From: a virus
Reading direction: 5' to 3' (one strand)
Virus record (IMG/VR): IMGVR_UViG_3300020051_000004
DNA length: 64,000 nucleotides
In this document: piece after piece, positions 10,208 through 18,783 of the stretch
Layout of the letters: each line of letters opens with the position of its first letter
Position numbering within the stretch: position 1 is the first letter of the stretch
The notes under the pieces: generated by a model
Seen by the model: the letters and a program-made list of their open reading frames with translations, nothing else
What the model was told of the DNA's origin: nothing
Databases searched by the model: none
Translations under genes and position numbers: made by a program

Positions 10208-10399
10208 TTAGGGCGCGTCGTAAAACGGAATAATTTTGAGCCACATTAAAATTGGCATGATAAAAAGCACACAGCCGATTCCTCCTAGATAAAGGACTGC
10301 AAGCACCCAAATATAATCTCTGCTCTTGATTGAGAATTTGGTAATCGCAATCACATAATACAATGGAATAAAGGATAATAAAAATGATAAAACGGCCAT
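10208..10399 (-). CDS. small two-TM membrane protein
   Basis: two hydrophobic segments. Confidence 0.6.
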   Translation of the reverse strand: MAVLSFLLSFIPLYYVIAITKFSIKSRDYIWVLAVLYLGGIGCVLFIMPILMWLKIIPFYDAP

Positions 10400-10400
10400 A

Positions 10401-10844
10401 TTAGTCTTCCCAAAGTTTAAATGTTTTTAGAATAGCCTCTTTACGGACGCTTATTTTCGCCGCAGCAGCTTTAATAAAATCATTACAAGTCCAATCAGAT
10501 TCCGTGTCTGAAAAATCTAAAATTTGCCTTAGAAAAAACCAGTAGAATGAGCTTTCGCCGCTTTCAATAATTTGTTTTTCTATGACATTAAGCATGTCAA
10601 TGTCTATGTGAGGGCAGCAGCTCCAGTCTTCATATTCTTCTGGTTCTGAAAATTCATAATCCTGTGGATACTCAGTATATGGCCAATTAATTTTGTCGAT
10701 AGCGATTCTTTGCATCGCTTCATCTTTTGATCTTAAAGATAAGTAGCCGTTTTGTCTTTCTTTGTCGGTGTAAAAACGCCATGCTTTTACGGGTTTGTAG
10801 CCAAGTAGTTTGTAAATGGCGATGTTTTGTTTTTCTATAGTCAT
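10401..10844 (-). CDS. hypothetical protein
   Basis: 147-aa ORF. Confidence 0.65.
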   Translation of the reverse strand: MTIEKQNIAIYKLLGYKPVKAWRFYTDKERQNGYLSLRSKDEAMQRIAIDKINWPYTEYPQDYEFSEPEEYEDWSCCPHIDIDMLNVIEKQIIESGESSFYWFFLRQILDFSDTESDWTCNDFIKAAAAKISVRKEAILKTFKLWED

Positions 10845-10873
10845 GCCTTACTTTGACATAACAAAAGAACAAG

Positions 10874-11947
10874 TCAAGAATTATTTACGTCCCAATCGAC
10901 CATTTCGGCCAATAAATCTTCAAAGGTCTTTTTCGGAGTCCATCCGAGTTCGCGGCGAATTTTATTTGACGAGCCGAATAAGAAGTCCACGTCATGGAGC
11001 CTGAAGAACTCTGGATTTACAGACACTAAAATCTGAGATTTGATTCCGCCGATTTCATTGGTATAATTGTCAACAATGTATTTTTCCTCTAAGCCTTCTC
11101 CAACCCAAGAGCCAGAAACTCCAACAGCGGCGAAAGCTTTTTCTACAAACTCTCGAATTGTATGCGTGGCATTCTCAGATAACACATAAGGCTTCCAATC
11201 CTTGGGTTCTCCCTTTTGATTCGCAATAAGCCAAAGACCTTCTGCTACGTCTTTTGCATGTTGCCATGATCTTGATGAGTTTAAATTCCCAAGTTCAATC
11301 GGGGAGAACGGCTCTTTATTTTGAATGGCGCGAACAATTCTTCCTACTCCTTTTGTAATTTTGCGTGTAACGTATTTTTCGCCGCGAAGTTTTGATTCAA
11401 AGTTAAATGTCCATGGTTGGACGACATAGAGATTATAACTATTACGGTAAATGTCCACCATGTAACGAGCATAGCTTTTTGCGGCGGCGTAGGGTGATTT
11501 TGGAGAGATTTTTGTATCCTCGTCTTGAGAGCCATTAGGAGAATCCTCAAAAGTGCATCCTAACTCTTCACTTGTTCCAAGATTAACGAATCGGGCATTC
11601 GGGACATATTTCCTTACAGCCTCAAGAAAATGCACGACGGCTACTCCGTCATAAAGTGCATAGGCTAGGGGGCTTTTCCAACTTTCAGCGACATACGCTA
11701 ACGCAGCAGTGTTAAAAATATAATCTGGTAAATATTTCGCTATAACCGTTTCGATTGATGCACTATCAGCAAGATCAAGAATTTCAACTTCAACCTTAGA
11801 TTCGTCATAGATTTTAGGTTGCTTGTCGTAACTTTTTTGCCTGACCGTTCCAATGATTTTAAAATCAGGATAGTTTTCCTGAAAGAACTGAGCAAGATGT
11901 TGACCTAGTTGACCATTAATTCCAGAAATTAGAACGCTTTTAGACAT
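10874..11947 (-). CDS. gmd: GDP-mannose 4,6-dehydratase
   Basis: LISGINGQLG; GTSEELG; PKSPYAAAK; FNFES..RGEKYVTRKIT; LGNLNSSRSW. Confidence 0.9.
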   Translation of the reverse strand: MSKSVLISGINGQLGQHLAQFFQENYPDFKIIGTVRQKSYDKQPKIYDESKVEVEILDLADSASIETVIAKYLPDYIFNTAALAYVAESWKSPLAYALYDGVAVVHFLEAVRKYVPNARFVNLGTSEELGCTFEDSPNGSQDEDTKISPKSPYAAAKSYARYMVDIYRNSYNLYVVQPWTFNFESKLRGEKYVTRKITKGVGRIVRAIQNKEPFSPIELGNLNSSRSWQHAKDVAEGLWLIANQKGEPKDWKPYVLSENATHTIREFVEKAFAAVGVSGSWVGEGLEEKYIVDNYTNEIGGIKSQILVSVNPEFFRLHDVDFLFGSSNKIRRELGWTPKKTFEDLLAEMVDWDVNNS

Positions 11948-11948
11948 A

Positions 11949-12995
11949 TCAGATATTAACATCTTTGTCCAAAACCCATCCGTAAAAATTCTCCTTATGT
12001 TGTTTTCTTATCCAATGATAGAATCTCCCTAAAACAAATTTATTTTGCCTGCAAAACTGAGAAATATTTTTAATTTTAATTCTTTCCCCGTCTGGAGAGA
12101 TTAGATTAATGCGTTTGCCGAGTCTTTCTAAATGAGATTTCCTTAAAAGGTCTTTATTTGGGCTTAGGGACCATCCATTAAATACTAAAGCTTTACCACT
12201 TATAAGGGAATAAAGACTACTTCTATAAAATCCATTTTCTTGACAGAATTTATATACATTATCCACAAATATTACTCTTCCGTCTTCATGGTAAAGAGTG
12301 GCTTTATGTTTCGGCCCATTATAATCCTCAATGGAAAGTGCTGAACCAAATCTTTTCCAACCTGTTTTTGAGATCACATCCTTTCTCATTATGGTATTTA
12401 CCACCTGTCTGCTTATACCCTCTTTTTCAAGAAAGAGATTAAATTCATCTGAATTCCTATCGAGAATTACAGATTCATTTGTGAAGATATTGTCTAATTT
12501 TACATACTTTTCAACAAAACTGATTTTTGATACATCAGTTCCTTTTAGAGCAAACCCCTGAGATGATTGATTTATTCCAGAAACCATGTTTAACATTGCT
12601 CCATAATTTAATCCTCTATCTCTACAAAATTGACTCAAGTTCTTAACTTTAATTTCGTTGCCGCTTTTATCTATTAAATCATATGTTTTTACGTGCGTCG
12701 GAAGTTTGGTGCTTTTACCACCAAAGATCAGATTATACCCATTTGGCATCATGCTATTATGCTCAAGTATGAATAATTTTTCTTTTTCAATTAACTCTTT
12801 CTTTGAAACCTCTCCTTCCCAAAGAATGGTTTTTTCAAAATTTTCAAGGCCATATTTTTTAACAGCGGATTTCAAATGAAGGCCATGTGTCCATTTCCAC
12901 CACTTTCCATGTCTATACCTCTCCTCAAAAGAGGCTTCGGTGCTTCCTATATAAGATTTATTATTAACTTTGTTTAAGATTCTGTAAATTTGCAT
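11949..12995 (-). CDS. GIY-YIG homing endonuclease with repeated C-terminal DNA-binding modules
   Basis: MQIYRILNKVNNKSYIGST...GYN; repeated (V/I)xNxxxFC modules. Confidence 0.9.
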   Translation of the reverse strand: MQIYRILNKVNNKSYIGSTEASFEERYRHGKWWKWTHGLHLKSAVKKYGLENFEKTILWEGEVSKKELIEKEKLFILEHNSMMPNGYNLIFGGKSTKLPTHVKTYDLIDKSGNEIKVKNLSQFCRDRGLNYGAMLNMVSGINQSSQGFALKGTDVSKISFVEKYVKLDNIFTNESVILDRNSDEFNLFLEKEGISRQVVNTIMRKDVISKTGWKRFGSALSIEDYNGPKHKATLYHEDGRVIFVDNVYKFCQENGFYRSSLYSLISGKALVFNGWSLSPNKDLLRKSHLERLGKRINLISPDGERIKIKNISQFCRQNKFVLGRFYHWIRKQHKENFYGWVLDKDVNI

Positions 12996-13049
12996 AGAGC
13001 GTATTGTATCTCTATGATTATTACACTAAATCTTTAAGAGTGTTAGGTT

Positions 13050-13400
13050 TTAATACCCAATCTTTTGCTCTTTTAATTCGCCGTTGAAGAATTTTTCTTG
13101 GATTTTTTTCTTAGCCAAGTAGCGTTTGTAGTTCAAATAATCAACTGCCGAGGCTGGAATTTCGTCAGTTTTGGCCATGTCCACTGCTTCAAATATTTTC
13201 TCGTTTGTTTCCACCAGCTCGTCAAACTCATTTGAGTCGATAACGTCTGAAAACTTTTCGAGTGTTATTTGATCTTTGATTTCGTTAGCAAGGTCGAAGT
13301 AGTTTTGGTAGCTTTGTTCGCTAGGTTTTTTGCGGCTCTTTACTAGGGAAATAGCTAACATGTCTAAGGCGTAACCCTCATCAACGGAGATTTTAATCAT
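13050..13400 (-). CDS. hypothetical protein associated with the glycosylation locus
   Basis: 116-aa ORF overlapping the stop of the FkbM C-terminal fragment. Confidence 0.65.
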   Translation of the reverse strand: MIKISVDEGYALDMLAISLVKSRKKPSEQSYQNYFDLANEIKDQITLEKFSDVIDSNEFDELVETNEKIFEAVDMAKTDEIPASAVDYLNYKRYLAKKKIQEKFFNGELKEQKIGY

Positions 13401-13532
13401 ACTTTTTGTGCCAAAATGTTGTATTCGCCGCTTCTAGACAAAGAATATCCGAGCGAGTAGAGTTTTTCTGTTAGTCTCTTGTGTTTTTCGCCAACAGAGA
13501 AAGTATCGTCTGAATGAGTGTACTCGTATTCA

Positions 13533-14841
13533 TTGACATACTCCCCGCCGTAAACGACGGGGATTCTCTCATCGCTGAGAGGATTTCCTGCTTCGTTGCG
13601 GACTGCCCCGAAGAACGTAGTTCTTCGCTGGTCTTTCGTCTGCTCCACAGGCAAATGGCACCGCTTGTCCAGCGGCGAGGATATTCTTGGCGGCGTTGAT
13701 GTCTCGGTCATGTGTAGCCCCACATTCGCATGTCCACTTCCGCATGTCAAGCGAAAGATTCTTTTTTCTTCCACAACATGAGCACGTTTTGCTCGTTGGC
13801 CAGAATCGGTCAACGATTAGCAGTTCGCGCCCACTCCACTTAGCCTTGTATTCGAGCATAGTTCGGAAGTCACGCCAACCCTGCTCGCTGATACAGCGAG
13901 AAAGTTTGCGGTTCTTAACCATGTTTTTAACGGCCAAGTCCTCTAGCGCAATCGTTTGGTTTTCACGAATGAGCTTAGTGGATAGCTTGTGGAGAAAATC
14001 TTTTCGCGTGTCAGCAATGTGTTGGTGAAGGCGTGCCGCTTTAACGCGAGCCTTTTCACGGTTCTTGGAACCTTTTTGCTTGCGAGAATGCAGCTTTTGC
14101 AAGCGTGCTAGCTTTTTGCGCAACTTACGAATGCGCTTGGGCTGTCCAAACTTTTGACCATCGCTGGTTGACGCAAAAGTTTCAATTCCTAAGTCAACGC
14201 CAATCTTTTTGTTGGAATAAGGAAGTTTCGCGATTTCTTCGTCGCAAAGAAAACTCGCAAACCATTGACCCGCAGCGTTTTGCGAAACAACGCATTGACT
14301 AGGCTCACCAGAAAGCTTGCGCGACCAAACAACTTTGAGGGGCGTTTTGATTTTCGCAAGAAAAAGATTGTCGCCCTCAATTCGGAAGGCGTTGTCTAAA
14401 AATCGGGCCGACCCACCGTTTTTGCGACTCTTAAACGATGGATAACCGCCACGTTTCTTGAAAAAGTTGACGAACGCAACGTCTAAATTTCTTAACGATT
14501 GTTGTAGGCAAACACTAGACACTTCATTGAGCCACTCACGTTCGGGCGTTTCTTTTAGTTCCGTCAAACCTTTTGACGTGGCGTTATACGAAACACTTTT
14601 CTTTTGCGTTACCCAAGCCTCACGCTTTTGGGCGAGCGCCCAATTATACACAAATCTGCACGATCCAATTGTCTTACGCAGAACAGTTTCCTGTTCGGGC
14701 GACGGATAGATTCGGAATTTGTATGCGCGATGCGTCATCAAAGAGTATTACACTTAATTTAGAAAAAACTATCGTTATTCTTTAAATAATGCGAAAATTC
14801 ATCCTCTACCTAAAGGAAGAGGTTTTCTTTTCGTCACCTCA
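13533..14841 (-). mobile_element. IS200/IS605-family non-autonomous element (TnpB only, IS1341-like), 1309 bp, inserted 3' of TTAT
   Basis: Left-end hairpin CCTCTTCC-TTTA-GGTAGAGG; right-end GAATCCCCGTCGTTTACGGCGGGGAGTATGTCAA; no tnpA; no target duplication. Confidence 0.9.
13569..14741 (-). CDS. tnpB: TnpB RNA-guided endonuclease
   Basis: RAYKFRIYP HTH; RuvC GVDLG / IALEDL / DRDINAA; Zn ribbon TSKTCSCCG...WTCECG. Confidence 0.95.
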   Translation of the reverse strand: MMTHRAYKFRIYPSPEQETVLRKTIGSCRFVYNWALAQKREAWVTQKKSVSYNATSKGLTELKETPEREWLNEVSSVCLQQSLRNLDVAFVNFFKKRGGYPSFKSRKNGGSARFLDNAFRIEGDNLFLAKIKTPLKVVWSRKLSGEPSQCVVSQNAAGQWFASFLCDEEIAKLPYSNKKIGVDLGIETFASTSDGQKFGQPKRIRKLRKKLARLQKLHSRKQKGSKNREKARVKAARLHQHIADTRKDFLHKLSTKLIRENQTIALEDLAVKNMVKNRKLSRCISEQGWRDFRTMLEYKAKWSGRELLIVDRFWPTSKTCSCCGRKKNLSLDMRKWTCECGATHDRDINAAKNILAAGQAVPFACGADERPAKNYVLRGSPQRSRKSSQR

Positions 14842-15271
14842 ATAAAAGGGATTTCGCGCCCATTAAAATCCAGTGCTAGCAACACATCCACATCCCAACC
14901 CTCCATGTCAATATAAAGGCGGTCAATTTTTTGAAGGCCCAAAGAGTTAAATAGACTATTAATATCTACCAACGGCGAATAAAAAGCCTTCACCTTTTGA
15001 TGACGATGCTGGAAAACATGCTCTAAACTTGCCGAGGCATGAACCGAACCGCTTTCATCTTCTGGAAAGTAAAAAGGAACGACGCCCGAACAAATTCCAA
15101 CCGCCGAAACAACTGGAATTAATTTTGGCCCTAAAGAAGAGTAAACTGTTTTGGCCGCTTCAATGGCTTTTGGTAGAGCGTCAATTACAATAAATTTGTT
15201 GATGTTTTCTGCGTTTTTAAGAACGTAGTCTTTTACTTGATCTTGGCAGTCGTTGCAGCCGATTTGAAGGA

Positions 15272-15961
15272 TTATTTGGTCCATGTGTAGTGTTTAATTG
15301 TTGCGTGGTCATAAGTCCATTCAGAGCTATCGAATAGCGGCCCATCTTCAGGTTGGTAGCATTCCACCAAACATCCAAGGGCAACAGCCAAATGATATAA
15401 CCCTGTGTTCGCTGTGGATACCCTTCCTGCTTGCCGCATAAGACAAATGAGCTTTGGTAGCTCTAAATCATTTAAAGTCGCGCAATCCCATTTTTGCTCG
15501 TTGTTCTGGATAATAATAGGCGTTTGATTTTTTAATTTCGCGCCAGAAAGAATTTCTTGAACAATGTCAAAAGGTAAGTCTCGGACTTCGCTCCATTTCT
15601 TTGAGACAAAAGGGCACACTAAAACAGGATTAGGTTTATCCCGAAGGTAATTTGCAGCCCAAATTTCTGAGCTTTCGTCAGAGTATAAACATAATGGCCT
15701 AATGTCTGCAAACTCTGCGCTGTAACCAATAATTCCTCGCAGCTTGCGTCTTGCGTAGTGCCCGCTACCATAATCATTCAGTGGTTGCAAATCTTTTCGC
15801 TCGCAGATTTCTACATCCGCTAATCCTTCAAACAAAACGGAGAATCTTTCTTGCTCCTTGAGAAGCTGAACAGTGAATTTTTTGGGCGCGAATTTTGCCA
15901 CTGATGACAGGAGGAGCACATCCCCGAGGCCCATTGAGTCTGGCGAAGAGGAGATTTTCAT
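15272..15961 (-). CDS. GT9 (heptosyltransferase-like) glycosyltransferase
   Basis: GLGDVLLLS; ANTGLYHLAVALG. Confidence 0.75.
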   Translation of the reverse strand: MKISSSPDSMGLGDVLLLSSVAKFAPKKFTVQLLKEQERFSVLFEGLADVEICERKDLQPLNDYGSGHYARRKLRGIIGYSAEFADIRPLCLYSDESSEIWAANYLRDKPNPVLVCPFVSKKWSEVRDLPFDIVQEILSGAKLKNQTPIIIQNNEQKWDCATLNDLELPKLICLMRQAGRVSTANTGLYHLAVALGCLVECYQPEDGPLFDSSEWTYDHATIKHYTWTK

Positions 15962-16140
15962 GCCAGCAAATCTATCGCCGCATCAGCAGCATCCAACCAG
16001 CCTTTTACTTGTTTTTCTTTGGTTGGGTCGTCGTGGAAATCTTTCCAAATGGGGAGAGGGTCGCCATTATAAGCTCTGCCTCCTACCGATTGGCAATAGG
16101 CGGTATAAAGGCGCTCTGCTACTGTGTAGGTATCAATCAT
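15958..16140 (-). CDS. hypothetical protein
   Basis: ORF with 4-bp overlaps on both sides. Confidence 0.65.
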   Translation of the reverse strand: MIDTYTVAERLYTAYCQSVGGRAYNGDPLPIWKDFHDDPTKEKQVKGWLDAADAAIDLLA

Positions 16141-16910
16141 GATAATCTTAGGTTATGGGGTTTGTATTCGTAGTGGTCAAAGGAGTCGAGAGAATCATGC
16201 AGGACATGGGCGGGTTTTCGACCTCCTCCTGTAGTGAGCCAGTGTTCATTCCAAAAAGCGGCCCCCCTATTTAAACGAGAGTCAAGATGAAGGTAGCCTT
16301 CGTGGATCAAATACGGTACGTTGCCCGCTTCCAAATCTTGCATATTATTTGGCATTCCAATGGAAAAAACCATATCTCCATTTTCATCAATTACTTCAGT
16401 GCCATCAGAAATTTGAGTATTGGCTGTTCCGTCAGGATTTCGTGCCTGATTAGAGATTCCGCGATAAACGCCTTTTTTTGTAATATTACCTTTCAAATTG
16501 CAGGCTTTATAGTGACCTTCGTCTCTAAAAAGATCAACAGATGGAATCGCTAGACATCTAGCAGGCGAAAATTTAAACTGAAACAAGTAATTGTCTAAGA
16601 TTGGCCTCATCCATTTTTGAATGTATTCATCACCATCTACAAGCATTTGAAATTCATGAGAGCACGCCTGTTGGGCTGCGTTTTTAATTTGTCCATCCAT
16701 TGGAGCCGCTTTAGGAAAACTTGTGTGAATTATTTTGCAATTTTTATATGGGGCTAAAACTTTTTCAACCTCTTCAATCGTATTATCAGTAGATGTATTA
16801 ATCGCCACTACAAGCTCATCACCAAAAATAGCGGAATTTGTTAATGACTTTTGCCATCCGCGAATATCGTGAGAAATAACATTAAATAAGGGAGTAAAGA
16901 TACTTAGCAT
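16137..16910 (-). CDS. GT2-like glycosyltransferase
   Basis: LSIFTP...DELVVA..STDNT...KNAAQQAC...LVDGDE. Confidence 0.75.
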   Translation of the reverse strand: MLSIFTPLFNVISHDIRGWQKSLTNSAIFGDELVVAINTSTDNTIEEVEKVLAPYKNCKIIHTSFPKAAPMDGQIKNAAQQACSHEFQMLVDGDEYIQKWMRPILDNYLFQFKFSPARCLAIPSVDLFRDEGHYKACNLKGNITKKGVYRGISNQARNPDGTANTQISDGTEVIDENGDMVFSIGMPNNMQDLEAGNVPYLIHEGYLHLDSRLNRGAAFWNEHWLTTGGGRKPAHVLHDSLDSFDHYEYKPHNLRLS

Positions 16911-17023
16911 AATTTTAAATATTAATGTCTCGAAGTTTAAAAATAGTTTCAAACTTTTCCTTTTCTTTTTCTTCTCAATGGTTCCATATCTCCTATATTA
17001 ACGGAGATATGGAAAAAAATCTG

Positions 17024-17536
17024 TTAAATTTGAATCGCCGCCTTGATTGATTCGATTATTTTGAATAAGTGGTTGTATTCTGGGTTTGGTTTTTGCGGTA
17101 ACTGGTAGTACCATTCGTCTCCAAAGATTTTGTACAACTCATCTGCATTCACATCTACTCCACGATCATCAATGTTACTCACGTCCATCCATTTAAAAAG
17201 AGCTTCTTTTTTGGAGATTTCGCCATTTTTTCTTGCGGCCAAAATAAATTGTTTTGCCGCCTGCTGGAGACTTTCTTGAGAATCGTCAGTAATTGTGCTT
17301 CTAATTCCCCTGTGGAACTTCCCAACTAGATAATCTGTTCCAGCTTCAAGAAAGAACTCTTTGATAGAGCTTCGTGCTATTGCGCTCCAAAAATATGACC
17401 AAGCATCGCCGTCACATTCGATGGTCACTTTCCCCTGATTTTTGCCGAAATCCTCAAAGAAGGCGCTTATAGAGTAGATATTTTGGGCGGCATTTGTTAT
17501 TTGGATTTTTTCGACGAGAGATTTGGTGATAGTCAT
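17024..17536 (-). CDS. hypothetical phage protein
   Basis: 170-aa ORF with its own TTGACA promoter at 17565-17570. Confidence 0.75.
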   Translation of the reverse strand: MTITKSLVEKIQITNAAQNIYSISAFFEDFGKNQGKVTIECDGDAWSYFWSAIARSSIKEFFLEAGTDYLVGKFHRGIRSTITDDSQESLQQAAKQFILAARKNGEISKKEALFKWMDVSNIDDRGVDVNADELYKIFGDEWYYQLPQKPNPEYNHLFKIIESIKAAIQI

Positions 17537-17570
17537 GTTACTACACTAGCATAAGACTTTATCTTGTCAA

Positions 17571-17619
17571 CAAAAATCCCCTCCTAGAACGTTTGCAACC
17601 GTTAACCTAAGAGGGGATT
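17571..17619 (-). terminator. probable intrinsic terminator after nrdB
   Basis: AATCCCCTC/GAGGGGATT stem followed by a T run on the minus strand; loop is long. Confidence 0.55.
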
Positions 17620-17720
17620 CGCCGTTTCAGGGGTTTTGTTTATTTGTTCCTGTCTTGGACTTGTTTTAAAAATCCCGAAGAATTGCGCGTTAAAAAGAGG
17701 CGCTCCGAGAAAAGTTGTTG

Positions 17721-18779
17721 TTAGAGAGTGAACCCGCTAAATTCACCTTCCTTAATTTCAGTATTTCGCGCCCCAATTTTATAAGAAATAATTTCAGACT
17801 CTTGCGGGGCAACTTGTCTTTTAGAGCTATCCATGAAACCGTCCAACCATCCAGCAATAGGACTTGTCTTTTGATCAAAGATTTTTTTGTATCCTAAAGA
17901 TTGAAGGCGGTTATTAGCGAGCCACTCAACATGTCCCGCTCCAACTTCAGCGTTCAAACCAAGAAGAGAACCTTTAGAGAAGAGATATTTAAGCCATTTC
18001 TTCTCATTTTCTACTGCAAGTCCGTAAGTGTCGTAGATTCTTTGCTCATTATCCTTCAGAACTCCTTGGAAACCTTCTTCGGAATTTTCTTTCCAATTTT
18101 TAAAGATATTTTGAGTAATCGACACATGAAGATTTTCATCACGCTGGATTAGAGAAATAATATCAGCATTACCTTTCATCTTCCCTTTATGTCCAAAGAA
18201 AAGAGAACAAGCGAAAGAAATGTAGAACGCCAAACCTTCTGTAATTTGCGTGGACAAAACGGCGTCAAAGATTTTTTGCTTAATATCTTCTGGCTCGCCA
18301 AGAATAGCGTCATAGCTTTTTTTAATTTCTTTTGCCCGCGAAACAATTTCTTCATCTTCAAGAATTGAATCGAAAAACTTTCCTGGGTCTTTTGTGATGT
18401 TCTGAAGAATCCATGTATAAGAGTAGCTATGAACATTTTCAAAGCGAGCCCATGTTCCCATGCAAATTTCAAGTTCTGGATTTGTCACATATTTACCAAC
18501 CTGATGAATTGAACGAGACAGCATACTATCCGTCATAGTTTGCCAGCGAAGGTTGCTATTAAAAATGAACTTCTCAGTATCAGTCAAATTTTCATAATCA
18601 GAGCGATCTTTCGCTAAGGAAATTTCTTCGGGCATCCAATGAAACTCTTCCTGCTTTCTCCAAAGCTCAAAGAACTTGGGATACTTGATCTTATCATACC
18701 TCTGAAGGGCCAACCCTTCTCCAAGAAACATGAGGTTATTTGAGCCGTGAACGTTTTCGGTATTTAGTACTGTTTTCAT
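17721..18779 (-). CDS. nrdB: ribonucleotide reductase class Ia beta subunit
   Basis: FHWMPEE; ENVHSYSY; EGLAFYISF; RDENLH; APQESEI. Confidence 0.95.
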   Translation of the reverse strand: MKTVLNTENVHGSNNLMFLGEGLALQRYDKIKYPKFFELWRKQEEFHWMPEEISLAKDRSDYENLTDTEKFIFNSNLRWQTMTDSMLSRSIHQVGKYVTNPELEICMGTWARFENVHSYSYTWILQNITKDPGKFFDSILEDEEIVSRAKEIKKSYDAILGEPEDIKQKIFDAVLSTQITEGLAFYISFACSLFFGHKGKMKGNADIISLIQRDENLHVSITQNIFKNWKENSEEGFQGVLKDNEQRIYDTYGLAVENEKKWLKYLFSKGSLLGLNAEVGAGHVEWLANNRLQSLGYKKIFDQKTSPIAGWLDGFMDSSKRQVAPQESEIISYKIGARNTEIKEGEFSGFTL

Positions 18780-18783
18780 AAAA

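Larger units (their letters stand above)
13397..15284 (-). pseudogene. FkbM-family SAM methyltransferase interrupted by an IS605/TnpB element (pieces 15284-14842 and 13532-13397)
   Basis: ILQIGCND...IDRLYIDMEGWD...EIPF. Removing 13533-14841 restores CCT TTT AT|T GAA TAC GAG (PFIEYE) and a 192-aa ORF. Confidence 0.85.

Noticed and set aside
11949-12995. GIY-YIG genes (also 30647-31516) as intron-encoded
   Set aside because: The neighbouring genes look complete and there is no room for intron core sequence, so they are free-standing.
13397-13813. 138-aa ORF from the track as a real gene
   Set aside because: It is a chimera of an alternative frame of the IS right end and the FkbM C-terminal fragment.
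13533-14841. IStron (group I intron-IS hybrid)
   Set aside because: Only about 100 nt lie between the left end and tnpB, and there is no group I core.
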